A stretch of DNA of 64,000 nt from assembly GCA_964342815.1 (NCBI GenBank), contig CAYFHS010000009.1, positions 32,001-96,000 of the forward strand, given 5' to 3'. Below, piece by piece: positions 48,580-58,003 of this stretch. Position 1 is the first letter of the stretch; every line of letters begins with the position of its first letter. The DNA is from an uncultured archaeon (lineage in GTDB: Archaea > Thermoplasmatota > Penumbrarchaeia > JASLWR01). A program made the translations under genes and the position numbers. Below the pieces are notes generated by a model. It searched no databases. It saw nothing but the letters and a program-made list of their open reading frames with translations, and had not been told where the DNA came from.

Positions 48580-49341
48580 ATGCCAGACTGTGAACATTAT
48601 GATACTGTCTATGTAGCTGTGTACGATCAATGGTACTGCAGAGACTGTCGTTCCTACATGCCTAGGGGATGGTTGCCGGAACATATAGAATGTCCGTACT
48701 GCCACCAAAACGATACTAAGTACATCGAACGATACGACAGATATTTCTGCAAGATTTGTGGGATTTATCTACCTGAAGGATATGGTCCGCCAAGGGAAAA
48801 ACTGCAAGAGGAAGGCTACTCGGATGGGGATCCGACCGTCCCAGATCCTGCCGACCCCTCACCAGCTGAGGATAAATGCATTTTCTGCTATGGACCCTTG
48901 TTGTATATATCCGAATTAAAACAGTATCGGTGCGATTTTTGTGAGGCGTATATGCCCAAAGGTTACGCAGGTCCAGATCCAGGTCCAGATACCTATATTG
49001 ATAAATGTCCATATTGCGGGGGAACGAACATTGTGGAGATCCCAAGATACCACCAATTGTTTTGCAGGGATTGTAATACGTATCTGCCAAAAGGAACAGT
49101 CTTTCAACCACCGGGAGGAGGGAATGTCCTACGAGAAGATGCAGAACCTGGTCCTTTTGTGTACGATGCGGGTGGAGAGAAGATCGAATTCGATAATCTC
49201 ATCCCTATGAGCGATCTCAACATGCAAGGATGTGGGAAGCAGAAATACCATCATGGTCCAATTGTATATGTACTAAAGTACAAGCAGTATTACTGCGAGA
49301 ACTGCAATCACTTCACAAATATCGGATGGAAACCCATATAG
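48580..49341 (+). CDS. Soluble protein composed of five Zn-ribbon-like repeats
   Basis: Repeats CxxC..x(4-6)..Y[IV]xxYxx[YW][FY]CxxCxxY[LM]PxG: three with complete CxxC/CxxC and two His/Cys variants. No signal peptide or TM segment. Confidence 0.8.
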   Translation: MPDCEHYDTVYVAVYDQWYCRDCRSYMPRGWLPEHIECPYCHQNDTKYIERYDRYFCKICGIYLPEGYGPPREKLQEEGYSDGDPTVPDPADPSPAEDKCIFCYGPLLYISELKQYRCDFCEAYMPKGYAGPDPGPDTYIDKCPYCGGTNIVEIPRYHQLFCRDCNTYLPKGTVFQPPGGGNVLREDAEPGPFVYDAGGEKIEFDNLIPMSDLNMQGCGKQKYHHGPIVYVLKYKQYYCENCNHFTNIGWKPI

Positions 49342-49382
49342 TTGGAAGAAATGCCTCTGTCATATACTCTTCCAATATGTTC

Positions 49383-50933
49383 TCATACTTTCAATGGCAC
49401 CAGCAACTTCCGAATCCCTTCCCCGGTCACCTCGCTCGCCGTTTCGATCCCCGCCTGAATAGCACCCATCACTCCGTGGAAGCCAGCATTGGCCCCGGTC
49501 AACCAAACATTCTTCATTGGATGATACCAGGGAGGTTTGCCCACGAACCAGTTATCCGTTGTCCGGGCAAATCCGTAGGAACCTCCAAGCTTGTTCAAAG
49601 TGTACCGGTACTGAGTAAATGGAGTGGCTACTTCGATATATTTTGCTCTCTCGGTTATTCCGGGAAAAATCTTTTCCACTTCCTTTAATAATCGTTTTTC
49701 GATCCTCTTCTTAAGTTTTATGTAATCCTCGGTCCTCTTCTTCCCAGTCATCGACATATACGGCTTGAAATGCTTATAATGCACTATCCCGAGAACAGTG
49801 ACCGAGGGCATGACTTTACCCTTCCCAAGTGGATGAGATTCCGGGTTCTTTCTGTAGCTGACGGAGGTGAAAGTGGATAATTTCTCCGGTAGTATCTCCC
49901 GTTTCATATCGCGGTGGATCTCATCGAAATCATAGCCGGGATAGCTCCATATATTGCAGCTCTTCCATTTCCAGCGCTCGGGAACGGAACTGAGACCAAT
50001 GTGAAGATGTATCATTGATGCTGATGGCTCCGTCCTTTTCACGATCTCAATTAATTTCTTTTTTACGGGAGCTCCGGCAAGTAATCTTTCGAATCCGTCC
50101 CATAGATCCCCGGCCATCACAACTGCCCTTCCCATAATCTTCTCGCCGTCCGCCAGCACCACACCGGTTGCGCGCCGCGATTCAGTGAGGACTTTTACAA
50201 CCTCGCATTTTGTTCGAACGGCACCTCCGAATTTCACTAGCGCAGCGGCGAAGGCTTTCGATATGGTTCCGGTCCCTCCGCTTGGATACCATCCACCTTC
50301 GTGGTAGTGAGCGGTTCCTCCGAGGCTAACGAACAAGGGTACGCGGGACGGCGGCTCCCCGTGTATCCCCCACTGGGCTCCCATTACCGCTTTGAGTCGA
50401 ACATCTGAGCTAAGACTATCGAGATAATCCTTGAGTGAAACTTTCATATACGGAACCAACCGAGTATATTTAAAGGGAAAACCCAGATAGAAACCAGCGG
50501 TCCGCCCGTATCGTATATGCTCCGAAAGAGAAACAAATTTTTTCAGTGTTATTATATACTTTTCGATCCCTTTTTTCTCCCTGGGAAAATTTTCCAGCAG
50601 GCGATACCTTAATGCGTCGGGTGTTGAGGGAACGTGAAATTCCAGATCGGGAAACCGGTAGACGTCGAATCCCTCAGAATCCATTGGAGCCACAGTCACC
50701 ATATCCCTTACACCCAGTGCGGTAAAAATCTCGCGGAAAATATTCGGTGTACCAAGATAATGGACCGCACTGTCGAAATGATATTTTCCCCGTCGGTAAT
50801 CGGTGCAGTATCCCCCGGGAATCTTGTGTCTCTCAAGAACCAGGACCGATCTGCCGGTCTTCGCCATAAAGGAACCGGCAGCTAGACCCCCCAGACCGCC
50901 GCCAACAATAATAATATCGTACATCTCAGTCAT
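49383..50933 (-). CDS. Phytoene desaturase-family (CrtI/RetSat-like) FAD oxidoreductase
   Basis: IIVGGGLGGLAAG, VLERHKIPGGYC, FDSAVH, GGWYPSGG, ATPFTQYRYT..GGSYG, C-terminal GVMGAIQAG. Confidence 0.85.
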   Translation of the reverse strand: MTEMYDIIIVGGGLGGLAAGSFMAKTGRSVLVLERHKIPGGYCTDYRRGKYHFDSAVHYLGTPNIFREIFTALGVRDMVTVAPMDSEGFDVYRFPDLEFHVPSTPDALRYRLLENFPREKKGIEKYIITLKKFVSLSEHIRYGRTAGFYLGFPFKYTRLVPYMKVSLKDYLDSLSSDVRLKAVMGAQWGIHGEPPSRVPLFVSLGGTAHYHEGGWYPSGGTGTISKAFAAALVKFGGAVRTKCEVVKVLTESRRATGVVLADGEKIMGRAVVMAGDLWDGFERLLAGAPVKKKLIEIVKRTEPSASMIHLHIGLSSVPERWKWKSCNIWSYPGYDFDEIHRDMKREILPEKLSTFTSVSYRKNPESHPLGKGKVMPSVTVLGIVHYKHFKPYMSMTGKKRTEDYIKLKKRIEKRLLKEVEKIFPGITERAKYIEVATPFTQYRYTLNKLGGSYGFARTTDNWFVGKPPWYHPMKNVWLTGANAGFHGVMGAIQAGIETASEVTGEGIRKLLVPLKV

Positions 50934-50963
50934 TGGATCAACCGGTTATAAGTTTCGTTCCAT

Positions 50964-52193
50964 TCAGCCCCACAGCAGTTTCTTTTTCCCTTCCTTGAAC
51001 TCGGCATCGTCGATATATCCCTTTTCTTTCATCTCGACCAGTTTTTCAAGACGCCCCACCACATCACCTCCTTCATCGTCGGGAGGGCTCTCTCCTTTTA
51101 CGGATCCTGCGGGTGCTTTCTTTTCTTTTTCTTTCGCCTTTGCAGCTTTTTTGCTGACTGCCGGAACAGGTTTCGCCTGGACGTCGGCCGTTCTTTCCAG
51201 AGAAGCGGATGAAACTTTATCCTCACTTTTTGCGGGTTTCGTTTCGAGTTTATCCCCGGCGCCTGATTCCAAGGATTCACTCTCATTATCTGTTTGTTGT
51301 ATTTTTTCGGCTTCTGCATTGTCAGATTGAATCTTGATCGCTCGAATCACTTTCTTCTTTTTCACCTTCGGTTTTGAGAGAGCATCTTCGAATCGCAAAA
51401 ACTGCTGGAAAAGATGCTCGAGTATCTCCTTTATATTGTCCCGTTTCATCCCGTCAGTAACCTCGATCATCTCATTCAATAGCGGTTTGATGGCGTTTTC
51501 ACGACATCCCATGAGAGCACCCTTGGCGGCATCGCGAACTTCCTCCTGAGTCTCATCACTACCCAATCGTCCCATCAGGGGTTCGATGGTTTTCGAGGAT
51601 TTGAATCTTCCCAATGCAGTGGCGGCAACTTCCCTAACTTGTTCATTCTTGTCTTTCAACGCTTCAATAAGAGGAGCTTCAGCTCGATCATCCATCAATC
51701 TTCCAAGTGCCCTTACTGCAGTTTTGCGGACGTTTTGATCGGGGTCCCGGATCATCTTTATGAGAGGTTCAACCGCCTTTTTATCACCCAGAACCTCTAA
51801 TAATGAAACGACCTGCCACCTGACACTTCGGTCCTTGTCCTCCAGCAGTTGTATTAGGGGGTCCACTGCACGAGGTTCATGTGCAAGAGCCTCCTGAGCT
51901 GCCTGACGGACCAGTTTGTCCTTGTCTTTTAGAGCTTCGATCAACGGCTCGATGGCCCTTTTATCACCAAATTTTTCAAGAGCTTCGGCAGCGGCTTTTT
52001 GCACTCTCCATTCACGGTCGTTTCGGAGAAGTTCGATCAGAGGCCTGACCACACGGGGATTACCCGTATCCCCAATAATCGTCACTGCTTTTTCCCTCAC
52101 CATCATATTCTCATCCTGTAACAACGTCAGAAGTCCGTCAATATCCTTTCCGTTCAAAATCCGGTCGATCTCCTCTACTACTGGACTACCCAT
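50964..52193 (-). CDS. HEAT (PBS-lyase-like) repeat protein with a C-terminal SHOCT domain
   Basis: About 7 repeats LIxxLxD.D..VRxxAxxALG; Lys/Ala-rich linker; RLEKLVEMKEKGYIDDAEFKEGKKKLL. Confidence 0.88.
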   Translation of the reverse strand: MGSPVVEEIDRILNGKDIDGLLTLLQDENMMVREKAVTIIGDTGNPRVVRPLIELLRNDREWRVQKAAAEALEKFGDKRAIEPLIEALKDKDKLVRQAAQEALAHEPRAVDPLIQLLEDKDRSVRWQVVSLLEVLGDKKAVEPLIKMIRDPDQNVRKTAVRALGRLMDDRAEAPLIEALKDKNEQVREVAATALGRFKSSKTIEPLMGRLGSDETQEEVRDAAKGALMGCRENAIKPLLNEMIEVTDGMKRDNIKEILEHLFQQFLRFEDALSKPKVKKKKVIRAIKIQSDNAEAEKIQQTDNESESLESGAGDKLETKPAKSEDKVSSASLERTADVQAKPVPAVSKKAAKAKEKEKKAPAGSVKGESPPDDEGGDVVGRLEKLVEMKEKGYIDDAEFKEGKKKLLWG

Positions 52194-52374
52194 TTATCAA
52201 GCGCCTCCGCGATTTCTCTATTCTGTAAGTATCATCAATTTTAAGCAAAACCAATTCCACCATTATTCTCAAACCACATTGATATTATATGCTATTTTGA
52301 TTTTTCTGATGTTTTTCATCATCCCAGAAAAGCACAGGGAAAATCATCACAAAAATATTCGGTTTTTCATAAAC

Positions 52375-53562
52375 CTAATAATCGAAATCCTCGTAACCAT
52401 GAAAATTTAACTTGTTTGATATCCGTGTTGAATCTGGTTCCGTTACGGAACCGCACCTGTCGCACCACCCGTCATCGTACAAAGCAGTGTTCCTGAGCTT
52501 GGAGGAGCAGTAGGGGCAACGAGCCTGATCTGTCTGGGATCTATTCTCAATACTCCGGTTGAACACATTGTCATTAGAGGGATCGTAAAAGAACGAGCCG
52601 GGATTCTCCCTGGTCAATAAACTATCTGGATCAGATTGACTCCTAGTCTCAAAATCGTCTGGAGTATATTGCGGCCCGGTCCTCGACTGAAAGAAATCTT
52701 CTGATCGGTTCTTTCTGTGGGCCGCCATGTTCCTGCTGAGCAAGCGATAGATCAAAAATATCAAAATAATAATGCAGACCACAAGCAAAGCGAACCTCTC
52801 GGGGTATTGGTCAATGAATTTTTCCAGCAAAGAAGCCACATCATCATCGGCCATGGGATCATACTGTTCACCCGTGAACTCCACTACCCTCATTTCGGAA
52901 GTTTCGTATTCCGGGGGCAAGTCTCCGATCTTCCAGTCGAGTCCGGTAGTCTCGGCATAATAATAGTTTTTTCCATCGTGACTCACGTAAGAGCCTGAAA
53001 GCCCTTCTCCACTGACACCGACGCCCATATGACCAGGATTTTCGAGGGTTCCCGGAATAACCAAAAGAACTGCATCATAACCCATCAGGATAACCATTGT
53101 AGCGAATAATATGGAACTATCCTCGCAATCTCCTCCCATATCGGCAAGAGTTTCCAGAGGGAACCTCGGATATTCATCATATCCGGTAGTAACCTTATCG
53201 GAAGTGTATTCCAGGCTTTGAACGAACGATAAGACGAAACTTAGCTCGGTCTGACCGGTATAGCCCTTTTTTTGGCTTGCATTTCCAAAACGCTCGGCTG
53301 TCTTGAACAGAGTTTCGTCCTTGGTTGTGATCATATAGCCGTAATTCCTTCTCTTACTTTTGGAAAACTCTCGGTATCCATTAAGTCGGTCCATAGAAAT
53401 ATTCAGGTCCCAACTCCACTTAGCAGGTGGAAAACCGGATTCCTTGAATTCCCAATCGTAATGCTGTATGAAGTAATTCCCGGATGCGCTTATTGGCATG
53501 GAAGAAAGAACGAGAGTAGTAACGAGGAGGGTACAAAACATGTGACTAAAATATTTTCTCAA
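52375..53562 (-). CDS. Membrane-anchored transglutaminase-like protein with a C-terminal Zn ribbon
   Basis: Signal peptide; YPRFPLETL..GGDCEDSSIL...GHMGVGV...YYYAETT; TM helix; CPYC...CDRC. Confidence 0.82.
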   Translation of the reverse strand: MRKYFSHMFCTLLVTTLVLSSMPISASGNYFIQHYDWEFKESGFPPAKWSWDLNISMDRLNGYREFSKSKRRNYGYMITTKDETLFKTAERFGNASQKKGYTGQTELSFVLSFVQSLEYTSDKVTTGYDEYPRFPLETLADMGGDCEDSSILFATMVILMGYDAVLLVIPGTLENPGHMGVGVSGEGLSGSYVSHDGKNYYYAETTGLDWKIGDLPPEYETSEMRVVEFTGEQYDPMADDDVASLLEKFIDQYPERFALLVVCIIILIFLIYRLLSRNMAAHRKNRSEDFFQSRTGPQYTPDDFETRSQSDPDSLLTRENPGSFFYDPSNDNVFNRSIENRSQTDQARCPYCSSKLRNTALYDDGWCDRCGSVTEPDSTRISNKLNFHGYEDFDY

Positions 53563-53652
53563 TATTTACACCTGTGGCATTATAGCGTTATTTTGGGATT
53601 TCAACGTTACGTACTTTTTAGAATTGAAAGAGAATCAACCAGATGAGCATAT

Positions 53653-54234
53653 TTAGATCCTCTCGGTTTCGTCGAACGGGATGCTGAAATCGAAAAATGA
53701 CAGTGACAAGTAAACATTTCCCGCGGTCCTTAAAAATATTGTCTCGCTATCGATAATCTTTGCAGTCTTTACTGGTGATGGCAGGTCGCGTAAGTAGAAA
53801 TCGACAGTGATGTCCACCTTTCCATTGCCCGGTACTTCGAATGGCTTTTCTACGGAAAAATCCCCAATAAAATCATTTTCTTGAGGATCGTCGTTATCGC
53901 TCAGGTACGCTTTTCCTTTCACCTTGTCAATTACCGCACCCATAACATTATCGTTGATTACGGTTAAATCCATTTCGATGTGCAGACTCGTAGGTAGGTC
54001 TATTAAGATACCGTCATCCCAACCAATACCTACAATTCTCATCGATTTGATCTCAATTTCGGGTTTGGACGGATAGAGGAATACAGCAGCCAAAGTGAGT
54101 CCAACAAGTAAAAATATAATGATCGAAAGAAAAATATATTTCTTTTTTTTCGAGCCGCTTTTCCGTATTCTGGTGCCAGATCCGATAGGTTCTTCTTGAT
54201 TACTATCCTCTTGAGATATCTCATTATCTTCCAG
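53653..54234 (-). CDS. LEA_2/WHy-like type II membrane protein, probable CTG start
   Basis: The frame is open upstream of the track TTG (54093) to a TAG at 54244-54246 and encodes an acidic N-terminus, a KKKK cluster and a TM helix. The only start-like codon following the GGTGA RBS is CTG at 54234. The domain VINDNVMGAVI...PFEVPGNGKVDITV is LEA_2-like. Confidence 0.65.
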   Translation of the reverse strand: MEDNEISQEDSNQEEPIGSGTRIRKSGSKKKKYIFLSIIIFLLVGLTLAAVFLYPSKPEIEIKSMRIVGIGWDDGILIDLPTSLHIEMDLTVINDNVMGAVIDKVKGKAYLSDNDDPQENDFIGDFSVEKPFEVPGNGKVDITVDFYLRDLPSPVKTAKIIDSETIFLRTAGNVYLSLSFFDFSIPFDETERI

Positions 54235-54301
54235 ATAATCACCCTACCGTGTTATGGATTTATTCAACCCTGGACTGACCTCGAAAAGACCCTCGGAGCC
54301 T

Positions 54302-55438
54302 TTAACTAGATCCTTTTTTCTTACCGTATCGAATAATTACAAAACTGATGAAAATAACCCCAATAATTTCCAACGGTCCGAAACCAGGCATCAGGCCGCC
54401 ACCTCCCTCATCATCATTAAGGTTGGCACCATCTTTTACCAATGTAAAATCGAAATTGCGTGTTATTACATTTTTACCTGCATCCACTGCTGTCACAGTA
54501 ACAGAATAAGGTCCCTTTTCCAGATCTTCAGTGGAAGCGAAATAGTAATAATAATACCTGTCTTCGGGCTTCAAAGGATCCCCTCGCTGGAAATGGTATT
54601 TCTCGTCCGTATCGTCATCAATGGTGAAATATACTTCCTCGAAAGTAGCATAGTCGCCGAGTATTATCTGAATCCCGTTGATCCCGTTCGACTCAATTAT
54701 GGGTCTGGTTTTGTTTATATCGCTGAACTCAGGTTTGCCGTTAGCGACGATTTGAAAACTTGAGGAAATTTCATCTTTATTCCCATGGGAGTCTTCGGCG
54801 GTTATGGTATATTCTATTTCCAATCCGAGATCCATAATATTTAATACTTCATTCTTGGGAATGTTATAATAATATGTGTTTCCGTTGCCTTCCTCTTTCT
54901 CCATATCGACCATAGAATCGCTCCCACCGGGATACTTAATTGATACCTTCCCAGAGGAAACCTCGTAGTTATCCTTGATCATTGCACGAATCCTGACCGT
55001 GGGGGTCGAGTTGACATACATTGCAGGATTGTACTCTTGAATCTCCAGCGTCCGATCGTCAAGCGACGGTCCCGAGAAATCAGAGAAAGGCGGATTCAAC
55101 GATATAACCACTACGGCAAGCCAGGTCAGTCCGAAGGAAAAGACAAAATTGAACCAACTCTTCTTCGGTATGATGGAGAGGTCTACATTGAACTTAGGTA
55201 ATATGAGATACAACGCCAGTACACCGAAGAAACCTGGAATGAAAATATATTGCCAGGTATCCTGAAACATCTGAAAGACGAAAAATGTCATAGCTCCCAC
55301 AACCACCGCCCATGCCATTGAAATGAAGACCCCTTTGCCTATCCTAAGTTGTTCCTCCAGATACTCTTTCTCATCGAACTCTTCCAGTTCAAACGGTGTT
55401 TCCTGCTTCATGTCCTTCTGTTTTCTTTTACTTGCCAC
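54302..55438 (-). CDS. Membrane protein: 3 N-terminal TM helices, Ig-like domains, PGF-CTERM sorting signal
   Basis: GTG start after GGGGG (the track start at 55555 runs through the structured leader); ISLNPPFSD motif; C-terminus MPGFGPLEIIGVIFISFVIIRYGKKK. Confidence 0.75.
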   Translation of the reverse strand: MASKRKQKDMKQETPFELEEFDEKEYLEEQLRIGKGVFISMAWAVVVGAMTFFVFQMFQDTWQYIFIPGFFGVLALYLILPKFNVDLSIIPKKSWFNFVFSFGLTWLAVVVISLNPPFSDFSGPSLDDRTLEIQEYNPAMYVNSTPTVRIRAMIKDNYEVSSGKVSIKYPGGSDSMVDMEKEEGNGNTYYYNIPKNEVLNIMDLGLEIEYTITAEDSHGNKDEISSSFQIVANGKPEFSDINKTRPIIESNGINGIQIILGDYATFEEVYFTIDDDTDEKYHFQRGDPLKPEDRYYYYYFASTEDLEKGPYSVTVTAVDAGKNVITRNFDFTLVKDGANLNDDEGGGGLMPGFGPLEIIGVIFISFVIIRYGKKKGSS

Positions 55439-55489
55439 GAATGCCCCCCATGATGCGGATCGATGAATAATCCACAATATTGTGGGTAT

Positions 55490-55659
55490 CATCCGTAGGG
55501 AACTCGTTCCCGATACTGGAAATATTCCTTTCAGGAACATTTCCGTCTCGTCCAACGCGTTAGTTGACCGAGGATGCAGGGCAATCTTTGATTGACCGGA
55601 ATGAAATGGGCATCCTCAGAAACAGCAGAAAAAAAGTCTTCTGCAGTTTCCTACGGATA
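55490..55659 (-). ncRNA. Candidate multibranch structured RNA (5' leader or sRNA)
   Basis: Closing helix UAUCCGUAGG/CCUACGGAUG encloses the hairpins GAAAC-GCAGAA/UUCUGC-GUUUC, GAGGAUGC/GCAUCCUC (inner CAAUC/GAUUG), GUCAAC/GUUG-AC, GGAAAUGUUCC-UGAAA-GGAAUAUUUCC and GGGAA-CGAG-UUCCC. TTTAAAA TATA-like box about 20-25 nt upstream. Confidence 0.55.
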
Positions 55660-55758
55660 AGAAAAAAATTGATCCGATTTTAAATTATGATATGGATTAC
55701 AATATATATAATCTGTACTCTCATTTCTACTTAGCCAAACATAGATTCATTGAATTTT

Positions 55759-56655
55759 TTATTTCTTCCGTTGCCTCGCGGCGATCATATCACCAATCAA
55801 TTTGGATGCTAAGGCCGAAGTGTTCCCATTATCGTATGGAGGATATATTTCCACAATATCCATACCGATCAGAGTATGAGATAGAGCCTCGACAATCCTC
55901 AATACATCCCAATGAGTGAGGCCAAAAGGTTCAGGGGTACCCACACCCGGGGCAAAAGCCGGGTCGATGCCGTCCATATCCAAAGTCAAATAGACTGGAG
56001 AATCTTCAATGAATCTTTCTATCACGCGAATACAGCTTTCTATGCCGGACCCTCTTACCGTGAAGCTGTCGATCCATTTAAGTCCCAGCTTATTAGCATC
56101 AGCTACCTCTTCCCTTTCAAAGGAACGGACACCAATGCAAAGAGTCCTCTTATAACCGATAATATCGCCGATACGCCTCAAGGAACAGGCGTGAGAATTT
56201 TTATCGCCCAGGTACACATTACGAAAATCCAGGTGGGCGTCAATTGAGACAACTTTCAGGTTGGGTCCCGATTTTTTCGTACGATGACTATAAAGTTCTC
56301 CCACGATGATTGGAGATATGCTGTGTTCCCCTCCAATTACTATGGGAAAACAATCATTTTCGAGTATCTCTCTCATTGCACGTCGCAGTTCAGCGGTTAG
56401 GTGGAGATAATCAAGGGGGACGATGGTCCCCATGTCATAGAGGTTGATTGTCTCGATATCAACATCATACCTGTAACGATATGTCTCGAAATTGTAAGAT
56501 TCTTCCCGTACGGTATAGGGCGCCTCAGCAGTCCCTTTTCGGTGACAGGCCGTTCCGTCATAAGAAGCTCCAAGTATAACATAATCTGCATCTTGCAGAT
56601 TGGATGTGGCATCGGCGAATAATAATGGAGATGAATCCTTTGCCGGTTTATTCAT
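55759..56655 (-). CDS. speB: Agmatinase
   Basis: GGEHS, IDAHLD, SHAC, LDMDGIDPAFAPGVGTPEPFG, DIVEI. ATG at 56655 with GGTGA RBS overlaps the bioA stop by 8 nt. Confidence 0.93.
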   Translation of the reverse strand: MNKPAKDSSPLLFADATSNLQDADYVILGASYDGTACHRKGTAEAPYTVREESYNFETYRYRYDVDIETINLYDMGTIVPLDYLHLTAELRRAMREILENDCFPIVIGGEHSISPIIVGELYSHRTKKSGPNLKVVSIDAHLDFRNVYLGDKNSHACSLRRIGDIIGYKRTLCIGVRSFEREEVADANKLGLKWIDSFTVRGSGIESCIRVIERFIEDSPVYLTLDMDGIDPAFAPGVGTPEPFGLTHWDVLRIVEALSHTLIGMDIVEIYPPYDNGNTSALASKLIGDMIAARQRKK

Positions 56656-58003
56656 AAATTTCACCTTCAGTCACTTTTCTTATGGAATCGAAAGTAACGT
56701 CAAGAAGACGTTTCAGTTCTGGGATTTTTATGGAAAGCGGAGGCATAAGGACTATCACATCGGAGAGGGGTCTTATTATAACACCGTTCTTTTTTGCGTC
56801 TTTGATAACCTTAACCCCAATTCGATCCCCTGAAGGATACTTCTTTTTAGTAGCTCGATCCAAAACTAGCTCGATACCAACCATGAAACCGCATTGTCTT
56901 ACGTCACCAACATGCTCGTGTTCCCAGAACTTCTCCAAGTATTTTTCGAGAAAATTGATTTTTTCCATAAGGTTTTCAAGTGTATTCTCTTTTTCAAATA
57001 CGTCCAGATTGGCAATTGCTGACGCACAGCAAACGGGATTTCCCGTATAGGTATGTCCGTGGAAAAACGTTTTATAATCGGTATGTTCACCTAGGAAAGC
57101 CTCGTAAATCCTTTCAGTGGTCATGGTTACCGCCAGGGGCAGATAACCCCCTGTAATCCCCTTTGCTAAGCATAATATATCCGGGTTTACCGATTCATGC
57201 TCGCAAGCAAAGAACTTACCGGTACGGCCAACTCCCACTGCAACTTCGTCCAATACCAAAAGAACGTCATTTTCATTGCATGCTCTAGCCACCCGCTTTA
57301 AATATCCCGGCTTGGCTGTAAGCATCCCGCCAGCTCCCTGTACCAGCGGTTCTAAGATTACAGCACACAGTTCTCCCCTATGTTCTTCGATCAATCGTTC
57401 CATCTCGCCAGCACAAGCCATTTCGCAAGATGGATATTCCACACCTAGCTCACATCTGTAGCAGGAATACGAAGGTGCTTTTATTGTTTTGAAAAGAAGC
57501 GGGCCGTATATCTTATGGAAAAGGTCGATTCCCCCTAAGCTAACCGAACCGATAGTGTCTCCATGATAACCTTGACTTAGTGATAGAAATTTTTTTTTCC
57601 GCTGAAAACCTTTCTGCTGCCAGAATTGATATGCCATTTTGAGGCCTATCTCAACCGATGTTGAGCCGTTATCCGAGTAAAAGATTTTTGTAAGTCCGGC
57701 GGGAGCGACATCGACCAATCTCTTCGCCAACTCCACTGCGGGACGATTTGATATCCCCAAAAGGGTTGAATGTGAAATCAGGTTTACCTGCCGCTGTATC
57801 GCCCGGTTTATATCGGGATGGGCGTGCCCGTGAATGTTGACCCATAATGACGATACGCCGTCTATATACCTATTACCATCAACATCAATTAGATATACAC
57901 CGTCACCCCGTTCGATTATCAGCGGTTCTTCCATTTCATATTCCTTCATCTGGGTGAATGGATGCCAGATGTATCTTCTATCGATTTCTATAAGGTCCAT
58001 CAT
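56648..58003 (-). CDS. bioA: Adenosylmethionine-8-amino-7-oxononanoate aminotransferase
   Basis: YIWHPFTQM, DGVSSLW, YHGDT, LDEVAVG, PLP-Lys in CLAKGITGGYLPL. Confidence 0.96.
   Translation of the reverse strand: MMDLIEIDRRYIWHPFTQMKEYEMEEPLIIERGDGVYLIDVDGNRYIDGVSSLWVNIHGHAHPDINRAIQRQVNLISHSTLLGISNRPAVELAKRLVDVAPAGLTKIFYSDNGSTSVEIGLKMAYQFWQQKGFQRKKKFLSLSQGYHGDTIGSVSLGGIDLFHKIYGPLLFKTIKAPSYSCYRCELGVEYPSCEMACAGEMERLIEEHRGELCAVILEPLVQGAGGMLTAKPGYLKRVARACNENDVLLVLDEVAVGVGRTGKFFACEHESVNPDILCLAKGITGGYLPLAVTMTTERIYEAFLGEHTDYKTFFHGHTYTGNPVCCASAIANLDVFEKENTLENLMEKINFLEKYLEKFWEHEHVGDVRQCGFMVGIELVLDRATKKKYPSGDRIGVKVIKDAKKNGVIIRPLSDVIVLMPPLSIKIPELKRLLDVTFDSIRKVTEGEIYE

Noticed and set aside
54039-54242. 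67-aa GTG-initiated ORF, or a programmed frameshift at the A8 run into the LEA_2 frame
   Set aside because: The LEA_2 frame is itself open and protein-like upstream of the A run, so no shift is needed; a CTG start is simpler.
55610-55650. Hammerhead-like words GAAAC and CUGAGGA; SAM-I-like UUAUC/GAUGA ends
   Set aside because: There is no stem I between GUH and CUGANGA and no GAAA after stem II; the SAM-I core (GAGGGA kink-turn, GCAACC, GUGC) is absent.
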